This document shows, piece after piece, positions 1 to 10,500 of a stretch of 64,000 nucleotides of DNA. Both the position numbers and the translations under genes were made by a program. Numbering within the stretch: position 1 is the first letter of the stretch; every line of letters starts with the position of its first letter. Location: NCBI GenBank assembly GCA_019058315.1, contig JAHPZH010000005.1, positions 288,001 to 352,000 of the forward strand, written 5' to 3'. This DNA is from Candidatus Helarchaeota archaeon. GTDB lineage: Archaea; Asgardarchaeota; Lokiarchaeia; Helarchaeales; RDOG01. Below the pieces are notes generated by a model, which had not been told where the DNA came from, ran no database searches, and saw nothing but the letters and a program-made list of their open reading frames with translations.

Positions 1-983
1 GCATTGTACATTTGAATCGCTTGAAGTGCACCCCCGATTGTTATCCTTGTGAGACGCTGTATGGGAATAAAGGAGACTCTTGCAACCTCTATGATCCCTT
101 CTAGTCCTCCGCTCCAAAAATGACCAGCAACCTTATCCAGATGAAGCCTTCCTGTCAAATAAAACTGGGAAGGAGCCCTGTAATAGACTATTCCATAGGA
201 AAAGTAATGGGAATCTCCACTCAAGATCATCTGGCATTTTTCTAATGAGTAATTGTTTCGTGAAAGGGTCAGAGACCCGTTCAATCCATGATATGACGCC
301 CGTGCCACAAGATAAGGAAATAAGAAATTGTCTCCAGAATTGGAATAAATAATATCAGGGTCGAGTTTTCGAACTGTATCTGATAGAGCAATCAATTTAT
401 CGACTTCGGTGGCTCCATCAATCGTGATATCTTCTTCGTTGAGGGTTACTTTTAGCTTTCGGATGGGGTCGTTCAAACTTGGAACTATGTAACTGGCACC
501 AATATCCGCGTCGAGATGTAAAATACGAAAATCTGGCAAAGTATAATCAATTTGATCTTGCGAATCTGCCAGCTTGAGATTTAAATGCCCATTTTTTTTG
601 GTATAATCGCCAAATGCAAGCGGAAAAAGATTGTTGTCATATAAAAACATCTGAGAAAGTGGAATATCTATGTTAAATACTGCACTGTTCTCAAGAGATA
701 CAACATCCCTAACCGTTCTTTTAAAATCTCGCACATTTACCTTTACCTCTATCACTTTTTTCTTTCGCTTGTGATTTATGTTGACGTACTTGTCAAGGGT
801 CTTTACATCTTCCACGCAATCATGATACCTTAATGCTCTTTTTAACTCGTATAAATTCTTGGAATACACATAAAATCTTGGATAATAATCAACGTGCATT
901 TTCTCTACTTGACCGTTCGGTTTCTTCAACCAAAGCGCTATTCCTCGATTTTCCACGTTCAGATCCAACAACCATGCTTTCAA
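1..983 (-). CDS. polB2: Family B DNA polymerase, PolB2 type (5' part; runs off the window edge)
   Basis: Hand translation from TTG at 983, open to position 1: KAWLLDLN..ALWLKKPNG..YYPRFYV..FNIDIPLSQMFLYDNNLFPLA..DPDIIYSNSGDNFLFPYL..HYFSYGIVYYR..LTGRLHLD..GLEGIIEVARVS..IQRLTRITIG. These motifs are typical of archaeal PolB2. Not in the ORF track because the stop is outside the window. Confidence 0.85.
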   Translation of the reverse strand, partial: MKAWLLDLNVENRGIALWLKKPNGQVEKMHVDYYPRFYVYSKNLYELKRALRYHDCVEDVKTLDKYVNINHKRKKKVIEVKVNVRDFKRTVRDVVSLENSAVFNIDIPLSQMFLYDNNLFPLAFGDYTKKNGHLNLKLADSQDQIDYTLPDFRILHLDADIGASYIVPSLNDPIRKLKVTLNEEDITIDGATEVDKLIALSDTVRKLDPDIIYSNSGDNFLFPYLVARASYHGLNGSLTLSRNNYSLEKCQMILSGDSHYFSYGIVYYRAPSQFYLTGRLHLDKVAGHFWSGGLEGIIEVARVSFIPIQRLTRITIGGALQAIQMYN

Positions 984-1047
984 TCTTGGAGCCTCTTATG
1001 TTCGCTTCTCATTGATCAAAAGATCATAATCTCTTAAAATTAGAAAC

Positions 1048-1087
1048 GGAGGGAGAGATAACTGAAAGAAAGTTAATTTGTCGGTTT
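1048..1087 (-). promoter_or_regulatory. Putative regulatory element upstream of polB2, shared with the radA-like operon
   Basis: + strand GGAGGGAGA-N11-GAAAGT..TTTGTCGG; same blocks at 22393-22434. Confidence 0.5.
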
Positions 1088-1193
1088 GCTTTTTGATTAA
1101 AATATTGAAAAATAGAATAAGTTTAAGGAGAATTTTTTCCCAGTTAAATTGTCAATTATACTATTAGAATTCAATTTTAAAGGATTGATTAAC

Positions 1194-1694
1194 ATGACAG
1201 ATATTGAAGAAGTAGATAAAAGATTTGAGTCAAAAATTAAAGAATTAAAAGAGATTCTACCAGAACATTATAAGAAAGATATGAGCTCACCGAGAAATTG
1301 CGCTGCTTGGACTGTTGCAAGTATTTTAGATATTTTAGGAATTGATAACCTTAACATTATTAACATGGCTACACCCTTAGCCGTAGTTGGTGGAAATTGT
1401 GGCGCATTGGAAGGCGGCTTAATGATGGTGGGCTTAATTCTCGGGAAAAAAGGAAAAAAACCCTTTAATCATTTGGTTGCAACTATAGAAGGATTAAAAT
1501 TTGTGAAAGCATTTGAAAAAGAGTTTGGTTCAATTAAATGTAAAGATTTAACCGGTCTTGATTTATTGACTGAAGAGGGACAAAAAGCTTATGTTAATGA
1601 AAATATCTGGGAACAAAAATGCTATAAACATGTTATTGGTGCAGTAAAGACCATTAGAGATTTATATAAACGAAAAATTGCTAAAATAATTTAA
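1194..1694 (+). CDS. C-GCAxxG-C-C family putative redox protein
   Basis: NCAAW, GNCGALEGG, IKCKDLTG, KCY; ATG at 1194 preferred over TTG at 1149. Confidence 0.8.
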   Translation: MTDIEEVDKRFESKIKELKEILPEHYKKDMSSPRNCAAWTVASILDILGIDNLNIINMATPLAVVGGNCGALEGGLMMVGLILGKKGKKPFNHLVATIEGLKFVKAFEKEFGSIKCKDLTGLDLLTEEGQKAYVNENIWEQKCYKHVIGAVKTIRDLYKRKIAKII

Positions 1695-1766
1695 TAAGAT
1701 TATTATTAAATACAAATTTTCAATTATTTATTTAAAAATTTAATAGACTTTAATGGACGAATAATT

Positions 1767-2285
1767 TTGGTCACAGTTGAGGAAGTAGAGAGACATTTTG
1801 AACTAAAAATTAAAGAATTAAAAGAAAATTTACCTTTGAAATATAAAAAGGAAAAAATTCAACCCCGAAATTGTGCTGCTTGGACTATGGCTAGTTTATT
1901 AGATATTCTGAACATTGAAGATACCAAAATTAATACTAATTTTATAAATATGGCATCCCCTTTAGCTGGAATTACTAGAATTTGTGGGGCTATTGGGGCT
2001 GGATTAATGATTATAGGATTAATTGTAGGAGAGAGGGGAGAAAGAGAAATTCCTCAATGGACAGCGGCAGCCGAGGGGATGAAGTTTGTAAGGCGTTTTG
2101 AAAAAAAATTTGAATCAATACAATGTCCTGTTCTAACAGGTCATGATTTACTAACATCAGAGGGAATGAAAGCATATATAAAGGAAGATGTTTGGGGAAA
2201 AAAGTGCTACTTGCATGTAACAAACGCAATTGAAATAATCGGTAGATTATATAAAAAAAAGATTGTAAATATCATTAAAATTTAA
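1767..2285 (+). CDS. C-GCAxxG-C-C family putative redox protein, tandem paralogue
   Basis: NCAAW, ICGAIGAG, IQCPVLTG, KCY; clearly similar to the upstream gene. Confidence 0.8.
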   Translation: MVTVEEVERHFELKIKELKENLPLKYKKEKIQPRNCAAWTMASLLDILNIEDTKINTNFINMASPLAGITRICGAIGAGLMIIGLIVGERGEREIPQWTAAAEGMKFVRRFEKKFESIQCPVLTGHDLLTSEGMKAYIKEDVWGKKCYLHVTNAIEIIGRLYKKKIVNIIKI

Positions 2286-2929
2286 TCTTTAGATTCTAAC
2301 TTTTTAGCTTCCTTTTCGGCTTCTATCTTTTTTGCCTCTTTCAATATTAGAATACCAATTATAGCACCTATGATGAATGGTATCGTTAATTGGAAAGGGA
2401 ATAGCCAAAAAGGCAGTAATAATGCGGGTGGGGGGTGTTGTTTATTTGGATCCCAAGTTCCTTGAATTACAGTTCTTAAATAGTAAGATATGGCAGCAGT
2501 TAACCAAGTATAAGCCCATGCTATAAATGTAGCAATACCTAACCATTTCGCTCGTTGTTTTCGATACAAATAAGATTTTTTGAAATAAGATAGATATGTT
2601 TTAAGTGTAATAATAACTACTACCGCAAAGGATGGCCAAACATGAATATTAAAAGACGGATCTTCTATTTCAAATGGTGGTGTACCAAATAATATCCCTC
2701 CAATAAAGCCCATCATTCCAGCCCACAGACCGAGATAGTATAGCGTCGTAGCAAAGCCACCAAATGCTCGATGTGATCTGAATATTACATCATTTAACTT
2801 TAAAAGAGCAAGTTTTTTCTTATGAAATCCAATCCAGTAACCAGTGAAGATTTGGACTGTTGCACAAAGGCAGCCTAGCAAGGTGACAATCGTATTATAC
2901 TCAGCTAATGCTATTGCCATAAAATACAC
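2282..2929 (-). CDS. Multi-pass membrane protein, possibly haem-b binding (DUF6529/cytochrome b561-like)
   Basis: About 5 hydrophobic helices; His at helix starts in RSHRAFG and FNIHVW. Confidence 0.5.
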   Translation of the reverse strand: MYFMAIALAEYNTIVTLLGCLCATVQIFTGYWIGFHKKKLALLKLNDVIFRSHRAFGGFATTLYYLGLWAGMMGFIGGILFGTPPFEIEDPSFNIHVWPSFAVVVIITLKTYLSYFKKSYLYRKQRAKWLGIATFIAWAYTWLTAAISYYLRTVIQGTWDPNKQHPPPALLLPFWLFPFQLTIPFIIGAIIGILILKEAKKIEAEKEAKKLESKD

Positions 2930-3059
2930 CTCTTAAAATATTTACAATTTTTCCCGGTTTATTGACACTTAACATAAGTAATTTTAAAATTTAATATTAT
3001 TTTTATTAATTTTATAAATAAAAAAATTTTTTGGACATTCTAATTCATTTTTTCTATTT

Positions 3060-3800
3060 TTAAAGAATCCATCCAAGAAAAATAAAACCTGTCGCAACCG
3101 TAACCCAGATATACCAAAAGCTAATACGAGGCCAAGGTCTATTCTTGATATTATAACCCATTTTAAATTGTTCATATCCAAAAAGTATCGCTAATATGAT
3201 TAAATTAATATCAAATACATAAGTCACCAATTCTCTTCTTTCAGGAGGTAAATAAGTCAAAAAGGCCAGATTTTGACCTAACCATGTTCCTATATGATCT
3301 AATTGAGCTTCAAATGGAAGACGAACAAAGAAAAATAAAAGCCCCATATGAGCAACTAAAATCCAAGAAAAAATCATAGAATGCATAATTACCCACTGCC
3401 AAGTACGTTTGGAAATACGTTCTTCAAAAAATAATCTACCTGATCTCCGCTCTATAAAAACAACAACAGCCCAAATTGAAAAAATTATTACGGTTAAAAT
3501 TGCCATTAATAATGTATTTACCAATCCACTAGCAGTTAACGGCATCATGAAGGATTGTATGAGAGAAATTATTCTACTGGTTATCGATTTATGATGAAAT
3601 GATGCACCTATTGTTATTATAATAATTGCATAAGCCCAGTTATGGGCCCACCTGGGGTCTTCTGCGAAGGCTCCTAATGCAAAGGGCATAAGCCAGAATA
3701 TTAAATATATTAATCCTAATAAAAAAAATCCAAAACCGGGACCAACTTGATATTTATTTGGTCTCCCCATTTCAATATCTTCTGAAGACAAATTAATCAC
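3060..3800 (-). CDS. Hypothetical multi-pass membrane protein
   Basis: 246-aa ORF with 6-7 hydrophobic segments. Confidence 0.65.
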   Translation of the reverse strand: MINLSSEDIEMGRPNKYQVGPGFGFFLLGLIYLIFWLMPFALGAFAEDPRWAHNWAYAIIIITIGASFHHKSITSRIISLIQSFMMPLTASGLVNTLLMAILTVIIFSIWAVVVFIERRSGRLFFEERISKRTWQWVIMHSMIFSWILVAHMGLLFFFVRLPFEAQLDHIGTWLGQNLAFLTYLPPERRELVTYVFDINLIILAILFGYEQFKMGYNIKNRPWPRISFWYIWVTVATGFIFLGWIL

Positions 3801-3962
3801 CCATAAAATAAAAAGAGTCTTCTCTTTCGAATTTTTGATTCTTTTGGTATAAAGGAAAGTTAATTTATTAGACTTTCTTTCATATTTTTTTGAACTTTAT
3901 ATTTTTTTATGATAAATTTAAGGATTATATATTCAATTAAAACATGACTAGAAATCTAAAAT

Positions 3963-4475
3963 GTGAAGAAAGTGGAAAAAAATAATAAAGAAATTTTAGA
4001 AAAAGCATTTAAATTAGGTCAAAAATACGAAAAAAGAAATACTGGATGTGCTCAAACAGCTATTGCAGCAATATTTGATGCTTTAGATATTTGGAATGAT
4101 GATGTATTTAAAGCTGCAAGCGGACTAGCTGATGGTTTAGGATTAACAGGAGATGGAAGCTGTGGTGCACTTGTAGGAGCTTCCATGGTAATTGGTTATT
4201 TATTCGGTAGGGAGAAAAAAGATTTTAACAATCCAATGAAACCTATGAAGTCTTATGAACTGGTTAAAAAATTACATGACCAATATGTAGAAAAATATGG
4301 CACATGTCGCTGTTATGATGTTCAAAAATCTCTTTGCGGAAGAACATTCGATTTATGGGATCCTAAACAAATGCAAGAAGCTTTTCAGTCAGGAATGTTA
4401 GAACATTGTTCCAAACTTGTTGGTACTATTGCACAAATGGCTACAAAAATAATTTTAGAAGAAAAAAAGAGTTAA
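3963..4475 (+). CDS. C-GCAxxG-C-C family putative redox protein
   Basis: GCAQ, ASGLADGLGLTGDGSCGALVG, CRCYDV, HCS. Confidence 0.88.
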   Translation: MKKVEKNNKEILEKAFKLGQKYEKRNTGCAQTAIAAIFDALDIWNDDVFKAASGLADGLGLTGDGSCGALVGASMVIGYLFGREKKDFNNPMKPMKSYELVKKLHDQYVEKYGTCRCYDVQKSLCGRTFDLWDPKQMQEAFQSGMLEHCSKLVGTIAQMATKIILEEKKS

Positions 4476-4503
4476 TATTTTAAGGATTTTTTTCCGACCT
4501 ATC

Positions 4504-7500
4504 TTACTCTTCTTCAATATTTTCCATTGCTTTTAGAAATTCTTCTCTCTCTTCAGGAGAGAGTCCAGCGAGTTCTTCCAGTATTACCAATTTTTCAATT
4601 TCTGGAATTTTTAAATCGAATATTCTGTCCATTTCGCTCTTGGATAAGATTGTAAATTCACCTTGGAAATATTCCTTAAGATAGGTCTGTTTAATTGATT
4701 TTATAGGCATTCTCCAATGAATTACATCCTTAATATCTTCATTTAAGGATTCACTACTTACTACACGTTTTGAAATTGATTTTTGCCTTTTTCTTAATAA
4801 AATAGCACTCGTGCTGATTCCAACACCTGCTGCTACTACCCCTATGATTATTATAATAATTATTATATTATCATAAGGAGGGAAGAATGGAGGAATCTTA
4901 AAGGGTCCATAAATTTTTATAGTAATATATAATGATTCACCAGTGTTATTTGCTTCATCAACTGGTCTTATTTCATAACTGTATTTTCCAGATGTTAAAT
5001 TTATAAGATCTGAGTAAAAATTCGATGTTGTATTTCCTAAACATTGTCCATTACGCCAGATTTGGTAATAAACAGTGCTATAATCAAAAGATGCTGTCCA
5101 TGAAATTGTTACATTACCTTGTTGAATGATAATTCCAGGATTTAAAGGTTTTGTAGGTGGTGTATTGTCTTGGACCGTTATGGAAGAAAAGAAAAAAGGC
5201 CCCCAATTATTAAAAGTATCATTGGCAATAATTGTATAAGATATTACTCCAAAAGCACTTGGAGTCCAATTATATTCATAAGTATTTCCTCCAATGGGAA
5301 CCATAGTATCATTTACTCCTCCAATTTCTATTATAACCTTCGAAATACCATCGGCATCATAAGCATCAATCCGAATCGAAGCTTCTTGCCCCAATTCTAA
5401 AGGATCTGTAATTTCAGTCAAATTTTCAAGCCAAGGTTCAATTGTAATAATTATTGATACATTAATATCTCCACTAACCGAATTCCAATTATTTAGATTA
5501 TCAGACATGTATACAGTATAAGGATAAATACCAATAGCACTAGGCTGCCAATCAGTCCATCTCCAAGTATTTCCACTTATATAATTCATTGTGTGGTTTG
5601 ATCCTTCATATTCTAATAATACTTGATTTATTCCTGAAAGATCAGATACATTGATAGTTATAGTTTCATTTTGACCCAAATCCAAAGGATCTGCGCTTTC
5701 TGTTAAGTTGCCATAAGTTGGAGAAGTAGTATCAATAACTTCAATTGTAGCTCCTCGTGAGTTCCAATTATTTGCACCATCTTCAGCCCAAATGGTATAA
5801 GGATAGTTGCCTATACTATTGGGTGTCCAATTATCGTATCTCCAATAATTTCCACCAATATTGGTCATGGTATGGTTAGATCCTTCAAATTCAATTAAGA
5901 CTTGAATAATACTTGACAAATCATAAACAACAGCATCTATTATTTTAGGTTGACCTAATTCCAGCGGATATATGGATTCGAGTACCGAATACATTATTTC
6001 CTCATCTGTTCCCCATTCACCATTAGTGTAATCATGCCATACCACATGGATACTGCTATTATTATCAGAAGTAATGCTTGCTGCAATACTATGATCATTA
6101 TTCCATCCATAATAATCGGATATACAAATTACATTAGACCAACCCGCGGTTGTATAGCTAGCATACTTTATATGATCTGCTGGACCTCCAAAATTAATCG
6201 AATCCTCCCAAACTACGTGGATATTATCATTTTTATCCGTGATAATACTGGGTCTAAAACTCCAATAATCATTCAATCCATAAATATCTGAAATACAAGT
6301 TGCATTAGACCAACCCGCAGCTGTATAGTTTACATAAAAAATTTCTCTATCTGTTCCCCATTCACCATCAGTTTCATCATCCCAAACTACTTGTAGATTT
6401 CCAGTCTTATCAACAGTGATGCAAGGGAGAAAACTGTCACCATCATTCCAACCATAAATATCTGAAATGCAAGTTGCATTAGACCAGCCTGCTGCTGTAC
6501 AATTTGCATAAAATATTTCTCTATCTGTTCCCCATTCTCCGTATGTATAATCCATCCAGACCACGTGTACATTTCCATTAATATCAGTAGAGATTCTAGG
6601 ATAATAACTACTATTATCATTCCAACCATAATAATCGGATATACAAGTTACATTAGACCACCCAGTAGCAGTATAATTTACATACATTATTTCAACATCA
6701 GTTCCCCATTCACCATCGGTATCATCATACCAAACCACATGAACATTTCCATTATTATCCACAGCGATATCTGGGTTAAGACTATTATGTACATTCCATC
6801 CGGTATAGTCATCTGAAATCACAGTTGCATTAGACCACCCAGCAGCAGTATAATTTACATACATTATTTCTATATCATTTCCATATTCCCCATTGGTACT
6901 ATCATACCAAACAACATGTATATTTCCATTATTATCCACAGCAATTCTAGGCCTCCGACTTGAATCATCATTCCACCCTGTATAATCGTCTGAAATCACT
7001 GTTACATTAGACCATCCAGCAACAGTATAATTTACATACATTATTTCAACATCAGTTCCCCATTCACCATCTGTATTATCCTCCCAGACCACGTGTATAT
7101 TTCCATTATTATCAGTAGCTATGGCTGGGTACCAACTAGTCCAATCATTCCACCCCGAACTGTCATCTGAAATCACTGTTGCATTAGACCAATTCATAGT
7201 TAGATTAATTATTGATGGAGGAGTGGTGTCTACCACTGTCACCGTCACGTTGTCCGTTGCCCAGTTGCCCGCAGTGTCGTTCACGCTGCACCTATAATCG
7301 TATGTGCCGATTCCCAGTGCAGGAAGGGTATACGTTATATTGGTTCCGACAGACCAGGTGCCGTCAGCCAGATAAGTGCCAACAAGTGTGATATTATACT
7401 CGTTAGGTGATATATCATTCCACTCCCATTCCAAGGTATACCCCGCAACTGCTCCCAGCTCCAATGTAATATCCGGTGCCCCTGCCAAAAGAGTTGGAGG

Positions 7501-10500
7501 AGCTGGAGGAATTAGCACCGTCACCGTAACGTTGTCCGATGACGAGTAGCCGAAAGTGTCGTTCACGCCGCATATATATACATATACGCCCATTCCCAGT
7601 GCAGGTAGGGTATATGTTACATTGGTCCCGACTGACCAAGTGCCGTCAGCTAGATAAGTGCTAATAATTGTAATATTATACTCATTAGGAGTTGCATCAG
7701 TCCAATTCCATTGTAGCTGATACCCCGCAACCGAGCCCTCATATAAATTGATATCTGGTGCGCCCGCCAGTAAATTCGGAGGTATGCTTTCCAGCACCGT
7801 CACCGTCACGTTGTCCCATGCCCAGTTGCCCGATGTGTCATTCACGCCGCACATATATTCATATACACCTGGTCCCAGCATAGGAAGGGTATACGTTATA
7901 TTGGTTCCGACTGACCAGGTGCCGTCACCCATATAAATGCCAATAAGGGTGATATTATACTCATTAGGTAATAAATCATTCCAATTCCATTCTAAGTTAT
8001 ACCCCGCAACCGAGCCCTCAGATAAGGTGATGTCTGGTGCGCCTGTAACTAAATTCGGGTTCATGCTGTCTACCACCGTCACCGTTACGTTGTCCGTTGC
8101 CCAGAGATCCGTAGTATCGTTCACGGCGCACATGTAATTGTATGTACCTAGTCCCAACGCCGGAAGGGTGTAGGTTATATTGGTCCCGACCGACCAGGTG
8201 CCGTCAGCAAGATAAGTGTAAATAAGGGTGATGTTATACTCGTTAGGATTTAAATCATTCCAAGCCCATTGCAATTGGTATCCCGCAACTGCTCCCAGCT
8301 CCAACGTGATATCCATTGCACCTGCTAGTAAAGTTGGAGGTATATTAAAAGGTTCAACTGTCACCGTCACATTGTCCCATGCCCAGTTGCCCGACGTGTC
8401 GTTTACGCCGCACATATAATCGTATATACCGGGTCCCAATGCAGGAAGGGTGTACGTTACATTGGTCCCGACAGACCACGTGCCGTCAGTAAGATAAGTG
8501 TCAATAAGGGTGATGTTATACTCGTTCGGTAATAAATCGTTCCAATCCCATTCTAATGTATAACCTGCAACCGCTCCCAGCTCCAGGGTGATGTCCAGTG
8601 CACCAGCAAGTAAATTCGGAGCCGTTCTGTCTACCACCGTCACCGTCACGTTGTCCCATGCCCAGTTGCCAAATGTGTCGTTCACGCTGCACATATATTC
8701 ATATACGCCTAGTCCCAGCACAGGAAGGGTATACGTTACATTAGTCCCGACCAACCACGTACCATCAGCTAAATAATTATCGACAAGAGTGATATTATAC
8801 TCGTTAGGATTAGTATCAGTCCAATTCCATTGCAGCTGATATCCTGCAACTGCTCCCAGCTCCAAGGTGATGTCAGGGGTAACCGCCGAAAGAAATGGAA
8901 TAAGTGGAAGATTTGCCACTGCCACCGTAAGGTTGTCCCATGCCCAGTTGCCCGACGTATCGTTCACGCCGCACATGAACTCATATACGCCTAGTCCCAA
9001 TGCAGGCAGGGTATAAGTTACATTGGTTCCGACTGACCAGGTGCCGTCAGCTAGATAACTCCCGATTAGAGTGATGTTATACTCATTCGGTAATAAATCA
9101 TTCCACGCCCATTCTAAGGTATACCCCGCAACAAAACCTTCATTTAGAATGATGTCAGGTGCTCCCGCTACTAAATTCGGAGGCGTAGTGTCTACCACCG
9201 TCACTGTCACGTTGTCAGATGCCCATGTGCTGTAGCCGAAAGTCTCATTCACGGTGCACATGTAATTGTATGTGCCTAGTCCTAACACCGGAAGGGTATA
9301 TGTTATATTTATACCAGAAACCCATCCACCACTATCTACCACACTGCCTACCAAAGTGATATTATACCGATCAGGTTTATAAGTAGACCAATTCCACTCT
9401 AAAACATAACCTGCAACTGCTCCCAGCTCTAATGTAACATCAGGTGCACCCGCCAGTAATAACGGAAGACAATTACAATCCACCGTTACCGTCACGTTGG
9501 CCCATGCCCAGTTGCCAGAACTGTCGTTCACGCCGCACATATACTCATATGTGCCCAGTGCCAAAGCCGGAAGGGTATACGTTACATTGGTCCCGACAGA
9601 CCAGCTGCCGTCAGCTATATAACTGCCAATAAGGGTGATATTATACTCGTTAGGAGCTACATCATTCCAATCCCATTCCAACATATAACCTGCAACAGAA
9701 CCCTCCAAAAATATAACATTAGGTGCACCCGCTACTAAGTTCGGAGGCGTGCTGTCTTCCACCGTCACCATCACGTTGTCCCATGCCCAGTTGCCCGCAG
9801 TGTCGTTCACGTTGCACCTATAATCGTATGTGCCTATTCCTAGCGCAGGAAGGGTATATGTTATATTGGTCCCGACTGACCAGCTGCCGTCAGCCAGATA
9901 AGTGCCAATAAGTGTGATATTATACTTGCTAGGATCAACATCAGTCCAAGCCCATTCCAACACATAACCCGCAACACTGCCCAGCTCTAAGGTTACATCA
10001 GGAGCACCTGCCAATAAATCTGGTTTTGGGTCGGGGTCTGGCACCGTTACCGTCACGTTATCCCATGCCCAGTTGCCCGCAGTGTCGTTCACGCCGCACA
10101 TATACTCGTATACGCCCGGTCCCAAGGCGGGAAGGGTATATGTTATATTAGTCCCGACAGCCCAAGTCCCGTCAACTACAACACTACCAAAAAGTGTGAT
10201 ATTATACTCGTTAGGTAATAAATCATTCCAATCCCATTCTAGGACATAACCTGCAACAGATCCCAAAGGTAACCAGGCATCAGGTGCACCCGCCAGTAAA
10301 TTAGGAGGCGTGCTGTCTACCACCGTCACTGTCACATTGTCAGTTCCCCAGTCGCCCGATGTGTCGTTCACACCGCACATATACTCATATACGCCTAGTC
10401 CCAACGCAGGAAGAGTATACGTTATATTGGTTCCCACCGACCACGTGCCGTCAGCTAAATAAGTGCTGACAAGTGTAATGTTATACAAGTTAGGTTCTAA

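Noticed and set aside
833-1015. 60-aa plus-strand ORF
   Set aside because: Antisense shadow of the polB2 5' end
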